This document shows, piece after piece, positions 1-8,887 of a DNA stretch of 64,000 bases. Made by a program: the position numbers and the translations under genes. A model generated the notes under the pieces. It did no database searches and was not told the origin of the DNA. It worked only from the letters and a program-made list of their open reading frames with translations. Positions within the stretch are counted from its first letter, which is position 1. Every line of letters starts with the position of its first letter. Origin of the DNA: an uncultured Candidatus Saccharibacteria bacterium (lineage in GTDB: Bacteria; Patescibacteriota; WWE3; UBA101185; UBA10185); the NCBI GenBank assembly GCA_964385105.1, contig CAYLMU010000001.1, positions 66,252 through 130,251 of the forward strand. Direction: 5' to 3'.

Positions 1-858
1 ATCATCAGATTCTACACCCTCGCTTAAAGATGCACTAAAATCTCCGGATTTAGCTTGTAAAATAGCCTGTTGCTTAGAGCTTAAATCGGCAATTACTTTT
101 TCGAGTTCTGCTAAGTCCTCTCCAAGCTCACCTTCAGCCTCAGCCAAAACATTCAAATCTCCTTCTACAATACTTTTTTCACTTTCAAGTTGTGTTATTG
201 CAGCAATTAGTTGTGACTGGGCATCTTCAAGTTCTTTTTTTAGGTCTTCAGCTTCTTTTTTATCGCGCTCATAAGCATCAATTTCTGTATTTAATACTCC
301 AATTAAGCGCAAAGCCTCACGGTTAAAAGCTTTTCCGTACATATATGTTAATGTAGCCTGCTGAAATCCGTTTGCTTCATCTGTACCTGTACCGCCAGAC
401 GGAGAAGCGAAGAAAAGCTCAAGATCGCTTATAAAGCTTCTTTTTGAATAGGTTCTTATAACTTTGTTTCTAAAAGATAATTTTTCATCAAGTTCGCCAT
501 TTTTTTCAACTAAAGCATTTTTAATTTCTTCAAGCGCTTTATTCATTGAATCAATCTCAGCCTGTATGCCGTTAAGTTCGGCTTGGGTCACACTTAATGA
601 AGAAAGTAGATTGTTAATTTTTCCGGTTACACTGTTTTTTTGTGACCTAATGTCTGAAAGTTTTTTGCTAGTGGATTCATATTTTTGCTGATTTTTACCA
701 ATCTGCTCTTCGTAACATTTAGCTTTATCGTCAAGGTCCGATATATCTTTGCATGGGTCATCGGCATAAGCACTGTGTGTTTTTGCCAGTAAAAGAATTG
801 CTGTTAGAACAAGTGTAAGTGGTATGAGTGTTGGCAGGTGGGTTTGAGGGTTTTTCAC
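1..858 (-). CDS. Partial CDS (5' part in window; C-terminus lies beyond window start). Secreted coiled-coil protein, PcsB/EnvC-like N-terminal region.
   Basis: Minus-strand frame is open from ~858 (GTG) to position 1 with no stop. The N-terminus VKNPQTHLPTLIPLTLVLTAILLLAKTHSAYA looks like a signal peptide, followed by ~250 aa of heptad-like charged coiled coil. The ORF track omits it because it is not closed within the window. Confidence 0.5.
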   Translation of the reverse strand, partial: MKNPQTHLPTLIPLTLVLTAILLLAKTHSAYADDPCKDISDLDDKAKCYEEQIGKNQQKYESTSKKLSDIRSQKNSVTGKINNLLSSLSVTQAELNGIQAEIDSMNKALEEIKNALVEKNGELDEKLSFRNKVIRTYSKRSFISDLELFFASPSGGTGTDEANGFQQATLTYMYGKAFNREALRLIGVLNTEIDAYERDKKEAEDLKKELEDAQSQLIAAITQLESEKSIVEGDLNVLAEAEGELGEDLAELEKVIADLSSKQQAILQAKSGDFSASLSEGVESDD

Positions 859-881
859 ATAGGTATTATAACAAACTGTAT

Positions 882-990
882 TTCTAAAGTTATGGATGGT
901 AAAGAAGGTTTAACTTCTGCTATAATTGGTGTAGTTTTTGTGTTACTATCTATTTGAATTCTACGTGTAGTAATAGCAAATTTAAGCAAT
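882..990 (+). pseudogene. Remnant 3' fragment of a VirB2-like pilin gene: a diverged duplicate of 1852-1960.
   Basis: The first 50 bp are identical to 1852-1901 at an offset of exactly 970 bp; the remaining ~60 bp are ~63% identical. In the pilin frame it reads SKVMDGKEGLTSAIIGVVFVLLSI then a stop; there is no start codon. Confidence 0.4.
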
Positions 991-994
991 CATT

Positions 995-1963
995 ATGATA
1001 AAGAAAAAAATTACCATATTTTTTATTTCAGCATTTATACTTACACTTGCTCATAAAAATTATGCTTTAGGAGCAGCAGCATTAAATATTAATCCAACAT
1101 CATGTAACAGTGATACCGGTGTAAAGTTTACCTGGCATGCATCAGGGAGCATTTTGAACCAGATTTATTTAGCGTGGGACTTTTGTGTTCCTACTATACA
1201 GGGAGGTACTTTATCAAACGGATGTGATAGCAAAGACGCTAGAAAAATTGGTGACGGAGATTTTTCAGTTGCTGATTCAGATGAGTATGCTGCCCAATGT
1301 GGAAATCAGGTTACACAATGTACAGGGTCAATAGATGGACCTAATTCAGGAATCGATGACGGACAGGATGTTTATTTAACTGTTACATACAATCTCGTTG
1401 ACGGTGGTAAGTATTATACAGACACACTACACTCACATTGTGAATTTACTACTAACACCGCATGCGTTGATGTAGGAGAACCGTGTGGAATGAACGTAAC
1501 ATGTTGCGGTGAATTTTTAGTATGCGATTATCGACAAGATAATACTTGTGAAGTTATTACAAACGTTTTAGCAGGAGAAGCAGGTGACCCCTGCGGGCCA
1601 GACCGTGCACCTTGTGAATCTGGTTCATGTGTTGAAGGTGTATGCCAAGGCACTGACCCCGATAAAGATCGTGATACTGATAAAAAATTTGATCCCACAT
1701 TATGGAGACAAGATTATGACGGTAAGATTGTTGACTTTGAAACCCTCCTTCAAACTATATATGGCTTATTACTTCCTATTGGCATTGGGCTCATTGCCAT
1801 ACCCCTTATTATCATCAACGGATACAAAATTATGACTAGCCAAGGTGATCCTTCTAAAGTTATGGATGGTAAAGAAGGTTTAACTTCTGCTATAATTGGT
1901 TTGCTATTTATTTTATTATCTATTTGGATAATTAGAATAGTAATTGCAAACTTCTTGCAATAG
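995..1963 (+). CDS. Pilin-fusion protein: signal peptide, a ~230-aa Cys-rich (about 19 Cys) extracellular domain, and a C-terminal VirB2/TrbC-like two-helix pilin module.
   Basis: N-terminus MIKKKITIFFISAFILTLAHKNYALG looks like a signal peptide. Cys-rich motifs include CGMNVTCCGEFLVCDY and PCGPDRAPCESGSCVEGVC. The C-terminus has two hydrophobic helices split by the loop SQGDPSKVMDGKEG, as in the downstream pilin paralogs. Confidence 0.6.
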   Translation: MIKKKITIFFISAFILTLAHKNYALGAAALNINPTSCNSDTGVKFTWHASGSILNQIYLAWDFCVPTIQGGTLSNGCDSKDARKIGDGDFSVADSDEYAAQCGNQVTQCTGSIDGPNSGIDDGQDVYLTVTYNLVDGGKYYTDTLHSHCEFTTNTACVDVGEPCGMNVTCCGEFLVCDYRQDNTCEVITNVLAGEAGDPCGPDRAPCESGSCVEGVCQGTDPDKDRDTDKKFDPTLWRQDYDGKIVDFETLLQTIYGLLLPIGIGLIAIPLIIINGYKIMTSQGDPSKVMDGKEGLTSAIIGLLFILLSIWIIRIVIANFLQ

Positions 1964-1985
1964 TTTATTTATTTAGGAGCAAATA

Positions 1986-2366
1986 ATGCTTAAAAGAGTA
2001 CATGCCCAAGTACCAACAGACATTCAAGACCCGTTGGCCGGACGTTACACCTCGCTTGCTCAAATATTTGGACTTATTACAAATATAGTTATTGGTGTAG
2101 GTGTAGCTTTAACAGTAATATTTTTGATTTTAGCAGGTATACAATACATCACCGCCAAAGGTGATACCAAAGCTGCTGATGCTGCAAGGTCGTCATTAAC
2201 AAATGCTATTATAGGTTTTGTTATTGTTATTGGTGCTATAACTATTAAAATTATTGTACAAAACTTATTAAATGCAGATAACGTAAGTATAGATGGCGTA
2301 ACACCAGGTTCGGGAGGAGGAAGTGGTGCACCACCAATACCACCACCACCAATGCCCAAGCCTTAA
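1986..2366 (+). CDS. VirB2/TrbC-like pilin paralog 1, with a Gly/Pro-rich C-terminal tail (GSGGGSGAPPIPPPPMPKP).
   Basis: RBS AGGAG lies upstream. It has two TM helices separated by a charged loop (KGDTKAADAARSS). The core is near-identical to 2416-2772. Confidence 0.6.
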   Translation: MLKRVHAQVPTDIQDPLAGRYTSLAQIFGLITNIVIGVGVALTVIFLILAGIQYITAKGDTKAADAARSSLTNAIIGFVIVIGAITIKIIVQNLLNADNVSIDGVTPGSGGGSGAPPIPPPPMPKP

Positions 2367-2415
2367 TTTAGGTATACAAATTAGTTTATTAAAGTAAAGG
2401 AGGTGTAATCAAAAA

Positions 2416-2772
2416 ATGTTAAAACTTATAAAACAAGCACATGCCCAAACACAAGGACAAGTACAAACATCTGTTACAGACCCATTAGGAACTAGATTTG
2501 GAAGTGGTACCACATTAGCAAACATATTTGGACTTATAATTAACATAGTTATTGGTGTAGGTGTAGCTTTAACAGTAATATTTTTGATTTTGGCAGGTAT
2601 TCAATATATTACAGCACGAGGTGATACCAAAGCTGCTGATGCTGCAAGGTCGTCATTAACAAATGCTGTAATTGGATTTATTATAGTTCTGGGCGCATTG
2701 ACAATCAGGTTTATTGTACAGAACTTATTAAATGCAGATAACGTAAATATTGAGCAGGTAACAGACTTCTAG
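2416..2772 (+). CDS. VirB2/TrbC-like pilin paralog 2.
   Basis: Strong RBS AAAGGAGG at 2394-2401. About 145 bp (2524-2667) are ~88% identical to 2064-2207, with two perfect 47-50 bp blocks. Confidence 0.6.
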   Translation: MLKLIKQAHAQTQGQVQTSVTDPLGTRFGSGTTLANIFGLIINIVIGVGVALTVIFLILAGIQYITARGDTKAADAARSSLTNAVIGFIIVLGALTIRFIVQNLLNADNVNIEQVTDF

Positions 2773-2804
2773 TAAAGTGCTGCAACGAAAAGAGCGTAAT
2801 TATT

Positions 2805-3125
2805 ATGGATTATATTAACAATTTAAGTAGTAGCCAGGATCCCAGTAGTGGAATGACTGCTTCAACAATGGGAGAATTAATGGGAGTTGTTTTAAACATT
2901 CTCATGGGTTCTGCTATTGCTATAAGCGTCATATCCACTGGGATTGCCGGTATAAAATATATAACAAGCAAAAGCGACCCCAAGGCAAGGGACAGCGCAA
3001 AAAATGCTTTAACGTATGCAGTTATTGCTTCTATTCTCGCCATTGGGGCTTTTGCCGTGAAATTAGCAGTATTAAGTGCTTTCGGAGCCAACGGTGTAAT
3101 TACTAATGGAGTTCCCAATTTTTGA
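2805..3125 (+). CDS. VirB2/TrbC-like pilin paralog 3 (diverged).
   Basis: Same architecture: helix, KSDPKARDSAKNALTYAVI loop, helix. Confidence 0.5.
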   Translation: MDYINNLSSSQDPSSGMTASTMGELMGVVLNILMGSAIAISVISTGIAGIKYITSKSDPKARDSAKNALTYAVIASILAIGAFAVKLAVLSAFGANGVITNGVPNF

Positions 3126-3582
3126 TATACTTAAAAAAAGCTTTATTGCAATTTTATTTGCAACCGTGGTAATCAGTATACAAAACCCGGCTTATGCACA
3201 ATCAGCAGATTGTGTTGGGTATGATCCTAATGACGTAGCATCATTAGCACAAATTGTTTGCCCTGCTGCAAGGTTAGTTAACATTTTATTATACTTTGCT
3301 GGAGCTGTATTTGTTGCAATGATATTTGTAGGTTCTATTAAATATGCAATGTCGCTTGGTGATCCAAAAGGTGCAATAGGTGCAAATCAAACATTAACCT
3401 ACGCTGTAATCGGGCTTATAGCAGTATTGGGAGTATTTTCTATCCTTAATATTATCGCACATCTTTTAGGCCTTACAAATATAGAAAGTTTGAATGTTTT
3501 CAAAACTATTCAAACTAGAATATGTGATTTTCTCATTAGTAATGGTGTCGTAGAGGACGGTGCTAAGATTGCCGGTTGTTAA
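3106..3582 (+). CDS. VirB2/TrbC-like pilin paralog 4, with signal peptide and a longer C-terminal extension.
   Basis: Signal-like N-terminus ending AYAQ; the pilin core is LGDPKGAIGANQTLTYAVIGL flanked by hydrophobic helices. It overlaps the previous gene by 20 nt. Confidence 0.5.
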   Translation: MEFPIFDILKKSFIAILFATVVISIQNPAYAQSADCVGYDPNDVASLAQIVCPAARLVNILLYFAGAVFVAMIFVGSIKYAMSLGDPKGAIGANQTLTYAVIGLIAVLGVFSILNIIAHLLGLTNIESLNVFKTIQTRICDFLISNGVVEDGAKIAGC

Positions 3583-3583
3583 A

Positions 3584-4060
3584 TCAATACGGAACAGGCT
3601 CGTTAGAAATATCTGGGGGCGTGTTGAGATACACATAGTTGATTGTTTCGTTTAGATAATTTCCGTTTACACTTCTTAGAGCAGTTATTTTTAATGTATA
3701 TTCCTGATGATCTTCCCATCCCATGCCTCTTGGAACAAACTTCACTATGTTTGGGTTACTTTCATCGTTTACTATGGAAAATTCCATGTTTGGTTCTATT
3801 GTATATCTAATGGAATTGGATATTATCGGTTCAGAAAATTCAAACCACAAAATTTCATAATCACTCAAAGACTGTGAGCTTCGTTCTGGTGGTGTAATCG
3901 CAATCAAACTTAATTCGGACTCTTTCACAGTATAAGGAGTTTCAATGTCATTATACCTATTAAAATCAATAAAATACGCAATAAATACTAATATTAAGAT
4001 TATAAGCACTATTAAATAGCTTTTGTTGCCTTTAATGAATATGATAAGTTTTTTTGTCAT
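3584..4060 (-). CDS. Bitopic membrane protein: N-terminal TM anchor plus a ~120-aa beta-rich ectodomain. A speculative T4SS assembly factor (VirB8-like role).
   Basis: N-terminal hydrophobic segment YLIVLIILILVFIAYFI. The functional call rests on context only. Confidence 0.4.
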   Translation of the reverse strand: MTKKLIIFIKGNKSYLIVLIILILVFIAYFIDFNRYNDIETPYTVKESELSLIAITPPERSSQSLSDYEILWFEFSEPIISNSIRYTIEPNMEFSIVNDESNPNIVKFVPRGMGWEDHQEYTLKITALRSVNGNYLNETINYVYLNTPPDISNEPVPY

Positions 4061-4093
4061 ACGCTTTATTTTAAAGTATACCCCTTTTACATA

Positions 4094-7000
4094 TTATTTA
4101 CATATGTAATCTTCCGGTCTCGCAGGAATAAAATCACCAGGCCCATTAGGTAGAGCCATTTCGAAGTGAACATGTGTGTTATTTCCCCAATCATATAATT
4201 CAGCTGCAGCATCTCCCGGTTTTTTTTCTCCGGTGTAAACAGTTCCTACATGCAATAAAACTAAGATTACTTGTGGATTTCCACGCACGTCAAGTCCCGT
4301 TACAGTAGTAACATTTCCCACATTGCTTGCCCGGGGAGAGGAGACTTGCCAAGTGGTAATACCAGTCATTTCAGGCAAAAAAATCGTGCCACACCCTAGA
4401 GGATGTACATCTTCAGCATACCCATAATATTCGGATTCAGGTGGTGTATTCAAACACTTATTATTTGGTGCCTCGGTGGCAATAGGACTCTTCGGATATG
4501 GCGAAACATATGCAGGTATCGGAAAGCATTGGCCTAAAGAACCGGGTATAGTACTCCAATAAAGATTTGACCCGTGCCTACTAGCTTGTTCCTCATTATT
4601 AATGTAAGATCTTTGCCAAACAGTATAACCTTCTGCAAAGACACACCCGTTAAGACTCTTAACATCTACACTGTGGAATCCACAACGTCTATATTCGCCA
4701 CCACCTTCACTTCTTATGTCACCACCACCAACACCACCACCAATTCCAGCAATAGGATTCCTTTGGGGAATTGCCGTTGTAAAAGCTCCGCCCAACAATA
4801 ATATTAATAAAATAAGACACCCCACAGGTATCCCAACACCGTAAAGCAACGTTTTTGTCATGTAATCATAAGTTTTATCCCATGATTCAATCAGTTGACT
4901 AAAATCACCTTTGAAAAACGCTTTGAACGTTCCTTGTGCGGTATCCATAGTCTTAATCAACACTACATACATTACTTTTCTTACTATTGGTACTAAAAAT
5001 TCAACCAGCGGAGAAGCCACCCCGGCAGTTGCTCCTTCCGCTATTGAAGCTAACAAACGTGCAGTAACCCGGGAAATACCGTCCACAACTCTGTTTGCCA
5101 CAATGCTTTTAATATTAGAAGCAGAACTAACGAGTCGGCCTGCTCGTGTTGTGGTAAACCAATGCTGAAGGTTATTAAGTTTTTCATTAATCTTTTCAAG
5201 GATACCTACGTATCGACGCGAAGGTTTCAATGCACCCCTGTTGTCGACTTTGGTATAAAAAATTCTTTTAATAAAACCCGCCATAATTCCGGGGTCGGCA
5301 ATATCAGCAGCACTAAAACCAAATTTACCGTGATTTTTTGACATCCAATCTTTGAATTTCTGCAAGTTAAAATAAATGGCATCAAATTCGGCTCTCTTAA
5401 ACGGTAAAGTGCCATATCTAGCCGTTAAACTGGCATATAAGGCGTCTAATCCTGCGGTATCACCAATACTCACTCCAGCATGAAGTAATTCTTCGAATGC
5501 TCTAATATCCAACTTTCCGGTGGATAAAGCACTTCCAATGTCTTCAATGATTTTAAAGTGTGAGCCAGCAGTAACATTTCTTAATGCAAAATTTCTTCCT
5601 CCTGCTTCAAAATTTACGTTAAATTTATGCTCAAGCGGTTTAAGTAAAAGAGATCCTAATCCGCCGGCCGTACTTCCCGTGAGTTTAAATCCCCAAAAAA
5701 ATGCGATTCCATTGTCGTCTGCGTAATCTTTGTTTACAACAAAACCTAACCGATGTACTCGGGTCAAAAATTTATTTGACCAATAGGCAGGTGTTAAAAC
5801 TTCAATCCTGTTTTTAAATCTGGGCCACAAATAGGTACTTAATAAGCGCTTTCCTTCAAAAGCTCGTAAAAGCTCCTCTGCAGCAGCATAATCTCTTTCC
5901 TGCTCCAATCTTCTAAAAATAGTTCTTAGTTTTATAATATTATCTGTACCTGTAAAAGCGTCGTTTTCCTCGTTTCGTATATCACGCTCCATATCTCGTA
6001 AAAGTCTTCTATTAACACTCCTGCTAAAAGGATCCCCACCAGCAAGACCTCCTCTGCCAAATATATTTCCTCTACTGCCCACATTTACTATGCTGTTTCT
6101 TGCTTCCGCTATATTTTTAGTTAGTTCGGCTCTAAGAACCAATGACGGTTGCGCTGTTCCCAATCCATCAACCTTTCTTGCAATATCTGCGACATCGCTA
6201 CCGACAGCAACAAATTTATTTAAATCTTCCAAGTAAACTTTGAATGGGTTTATGACTGAGCGTCCTAATCTACGCTGTATAGCTAAACCTTCTGGTGTGT
6301 TATTAAGTTGTTGTAAGAAAGTTTCTGCCTCTCCAATTTTTGCCCTTATAACATTTAAATCAGCTGTGTTTGGGGCATCTTTTATATTTCCCGTGAGTAA
6401 AAATGTATCAAGTTTTTCTTGGAGCGAAGTTTTTTTACCGCCGCTTACTAAGCCTTCATAATCTACAGCCTTTTGTAAAGATGAAATCTTCTCATGAAGC
6501 TCATTTTTTAGTAAAAACATTTGAGCTTCAGGAGTATACGAGGCAGGCGTGACATTTTTTTCTAAATCAGCTTTAAGAGCCTTTGCTGCCGAAGATATAA
6601 CTGCATCATACTTATTTTCCCGTAGAATAACGTTTCGTGAATTTACTTGAAATGATAATATACTATGTTTTAACTTCCTGTATTCACCAATGTCGGGATG
6701 ATCCAAACTTAAGGGGTTGGCAGCAGCATGTACCGCACCGGCAGCTCCAGATCCGTCTAATCTTTGAGCCAACGAGGTTGTTGCCTCATGTTGCAAAGCA
6801 ACATCAATCTCATCAAACTTTTCCTGAAGCCTGCGAATTGGTCTCAGTCTGGACTTATTTCTTGCAGTCCTGTAGATATCAACATCACTCAATACATTTT
6901 CCCACAACTGCTCCCTATTTAAAGTGTCAAAATCGTCCCAGTCGGCTATTGCTTTAAACCAATCCTTTACTGTTTTTTTAAATTGCTCTCCCGGGTCACT

Positions 7001-7330
7001 TAACCAGTCGTTAGGATTTAAGCTAATTGAAATACCAACGGCACCGGGCAAGTCTTCCATAGCCTCGGGTCCGTACAGTTCTAGGGCTTCCGGACTGACT
7101 TCCTTAGTTGGTTTAATTTGAGCCTTTAGTGAACTTTCAAAATCTTTTTTAATTCTTTCAATAAACCATGCCGGAATATCTGTATCTTTTTCGAATGTAT
7201 TAAAAAATTTGCCAAAATCCAATAAATCCAAATCAGGGTTACCTGTAAAACGCCGGCCTCCTGAAGGTCTTTTATATAAAGGTCTGTCTCCTGGGTAATA
7301 CCCGAGATAAAACGGATTTGAACTTGCCAT
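4094..7330 (-). CDS. Large (1078-aa) protein: a ~800-aa N-terminal domain with no signal peptide, a single TM, a Gly-rich linker, and a C-terminal papain-fold cysteine peptidase (CHAP / NlpC-P60 superfamily) cell-wall hydrolase domain.
   Basis: TM segment VGIPVGCLILLILLLGGAFTTAIP. Candidate catalytic Cys lies in GQCFPIP or LGCGTIF, and the His in the VILVLLHVGTVYTG motif. Gram-positive T4SSs carry CHAP/NlpC hydrolases (PrgK/TcpG/TraG-like). Confidence 0.55.
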   Translation of the reverse strand: MASSNPFYLGYYPGDRPLYKRPSGGRRFTGNPDLDLLDFGKFFNTFEKDTDIPAWFIERIKKDFESSLKAQIKPTKEVSPEALELYGPEAMEDLPGAVGISISLNPNDWLSDPGEQFKKTVKDWFKAIADWDDFDTLNREQLWENVLSDVDIYRTARNKSRLRPIRRLQEKFDEIDVALQHEATTSLAQRLDGSGAAGAVHAAANPLSLDHPDIGEYRKLKHSILSFQVNSRNVILRENKYDAVISSAAKALKADLEKNVTPASYTPEAQMFLLKNELHEKISSLQKAVDYEGLVSGGKKTSLQEKLDTFLLTGNIKDAPNTADLNVIRAKIGEAETFLQQLNNTPEGLAIQRRLGRSVINPFKVYLEDLNKFVAVGSDVADIARKVDGLGTAQPSLVLRAELTKNIAEARNSIVNVGSRGNIFGRGGLAGGDPFSRSVNRRLLRDMERDIRNEENDAFTGTDNIIKLRTIFRRLEQERDYAAAEELLRAFEGKRLLSTYLWPRFKNRIEVLTPAYWSNKFLTRVHRLGFVVNKDYADDNGIAFFWGFKLTGSTAGGLGSLLLKPLEHKFNVNFEAGGRNFALRNVTAGSHFKIIEDIGSALSTGKLDIRAFEELLHAGVSIGDTAGLDALYASLTARYGTLPFKRAEFDAIYFNLQKFKDWMSKNHGKFGFSAADIADPGIMAGFIKRIFYTKVDNRGALKPSRRYVGILEKINEKLNNLQHWFTTTRAGRLVSSASNIKSIVANRVVDGISRVTARLLASIAEGATAGVASPLVEFLVPIVRKVMYVVLIKTMDTAQGTFKAFFKGDFSQLIESWDKTYDYMTKTLLYGVGIPVGCLILLILLLGGAFTTAIPQRNPIAGIGGGVGGGDIRSEGGGEYRRCGFHSVDVKSLNGCVFAEGYTVWQRSYINNEEQASRHGSNLYWSTIPGSLGQCFPIPAYVSPYPKSPIATEAPNNKCLNTPPESEYYGYAEDVHPLGCGTIFLPEMTGITTWQVSSPRASNVGNVTTVTGLDVRGNPQVILVLLHVGTVYTGEKKPGDAAAELYDWGNNTHVHFEMALPNGPGDFIPARPEDYICK

Positions 7331-7393
7331 AGAATAATTCTATAATGAAAGGGCTTTTACTGAAAGAGTAGTCGTGATAAAATTCTTTTAAAC

Positions 7394-8818
7394 ATGCTCG
7401 GTAAAACATTTATCAAAGTCGGAATAACATTTACTTTTTCTTTATTATTAATAATATTGGCAACATCTAAAACTTATGCTCAAGATTCAGTATGTACCCC
7501 AAGTGAGGGTTTATACACAAGAATCGTCCAGGCACTTGATAACCTGGACATTAGAAGAACAACGGTTAACTTTTTAGTCTCGGCTGTGACAGATGTTCCA
7601 CTTCAAGCTGCCGCCAACGGAACACAGGATGACATTTTTCACTGTATGGGTTATATAGCAACTATGAACGCTGGAGGTAATCAGGGAGGAAGCACCGGTG
7701 CTGATGTATTGGCAAAATTGGGTTTATCTACTGATGGCTGTACCCCTGATGAGGATTACTGTGAAGCTTTGTTTAATACTTATGAGGATGTAAGGATACA
7801 ATCCGGAGCCAACCCGGCTTCCGTGGCCTTTTATAATAAACGGGCAAATAGTCGTGTGTCAGGCAGCCTTGTGGGACTTGTAAATATGGCTGAAAATGCT
7901 ACTTATCAGCCGGTTCCAGTGAACCTTGCTTTTTATTTTAACAAAGAAGCACAAAAGTTACCTTTTGTGGGCACAGCGTTTGCACAAACTGCAGGAGACT
8001 TTACAGGGCCGTTTTTAAACTTAACATACGATCTCTGGAAAATATTTAGAGATGTAGCATACGGAGTTATGGCAGTAATCATGATTATAGTGGGCATCAT
8101 GATTATGACAAGAAAAAAGTTGAACCCTCAAACAGCGGTAACTATGCAGTACGCTCTTCCCCGAATAATAATAGCTTTAGTTTTAATAACTTTTAGCTAC
8201 GTAATAGGAGCCACCATTGCTAGTACAGCCTGGGTTCTAAAATTTAGCGCAGATAAAATTATTATACAACTCTTTATAGATTCTCAGGCTCAAAGTACAC
8301 AACACGTAAGCTTCATGTATGCAGCCGGCTTTATGGTGACTTTAGTTATTGGGGTTATTATGATGTTTACAAGCGGTGTGGGAGTAGTGTATGCGGCACT
8401 TTTCATTGTTGGATTTATATTAACTTTAATAACTTTCCTTATCGTATTTCTTAAAATGTTGATGCTGTATTTACGCATGTTAATTAATATAATTGCGGCG
8501 CCTCTAACGTTCACCATGGCAGCGCTCCCCGGTAAAGATGATATGATGATGAACTGGTTTAAACAGATGCTTGTATATACTTTATCAATTTTTGGAATGA
8601 CCGCTGTCATATCAATTACAAGAATTGTAAGTGCTGTTATGCTGTTAAATATAGCGGATAATGGTGGTAACACTATATTTGACGGTGGAAGGGGAGCAGG
8701 AGCTTTCTTAGTCTTTGGCCCGATATTACTTTTCATTATTCTAATATACGGATTGAATACTGCCAGAAAATTACCAAACAAAATCGAAGCCGCCATCATG
8801 GGTCCCAAAAAGCGCTAA
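7394..8818 (+). CDS. VirB6/TrbL-like polytopic membrane protein: signal peptide, a ~200-aa extracytoplasmic domain, and 5-6 TM helices.
   Basis: Signal peptide ending TYAQ, then multiple long hydrophobic helices in the C-terminal half. Assignment rests on T4SS context and topology. Confidence 0.45.
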   Translation: MLGKTFIKVGITFTFSLLLIILATSKTYAQDSVCTPSEGLYTRIVQALDNLDIRRTTVNFLVSAVTDVPLQAAANGTQDDIFHCMGYIATMNAGGNQGGSTGADVLAKLGLSTDGCTPDEDYCEALFNTYEDVRIQSGANPASVAFYNKRANSRVSGSLVGLVNMAENATYQPVPVNLAFYFNKEAQKLPFVGTAFAQTAGDFTGPFLNLTYDLWKIFRDVAYGVMAVIMIIVGIMIMTRKKLNPQTAVTMQYALPRIIIALVLITFSYVIGATIASTAWVLKFSADKIIIQLFIDSQAQSTQHVSFMYAAGFMVTLVIGVIMMFTSGVGVVYAALFIVGFILTLITFLIVFLKMLMLYLRMLINIIAAPLTFTMAALPGKDDMMMNWFKQMLVYTLSIFGMTAVISITRIVSAVMLLNIADNGGNTIFDGGRGAGAFLVFGPILLFIILIYGLNTARKLPNKIEAAIMGPKKR

Positions 8819-8887
8819 ACAAGCATCCGCAGTATAAACACATAACATAATTGCCTAATAAGCAAATACCCCGTAAAATAAGACCAA

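Noticed and set aside
2060-2359. Antisense ORFs inside the pilin genes (2060-2359 and 2810-3118, both minus).
   Set aside because: They lie fully within the better-supported plus-strand pilin ORFs, which have RBSs and paralog conservation. They are low-complexity translations of the opposite strand.
4300-4420. Considered an M23 / LytM peptidase assignment for the C-terminus of the 1078-aa protein, based on the HVHFEM motif.
   Set aside because: No convincing upstream HxxxD motif. The Cys...His arrangement (LGCGTIF ... LLHVGTVYTG) fits papain-fold CHAP / NlpC-P60 better.
8290-8808. 172-aa minus-strand ORF inside the VirB6-like gene.
   Set aside because: Antisense to a long, topologically coherent membrane-protein ORF; no independent signal.
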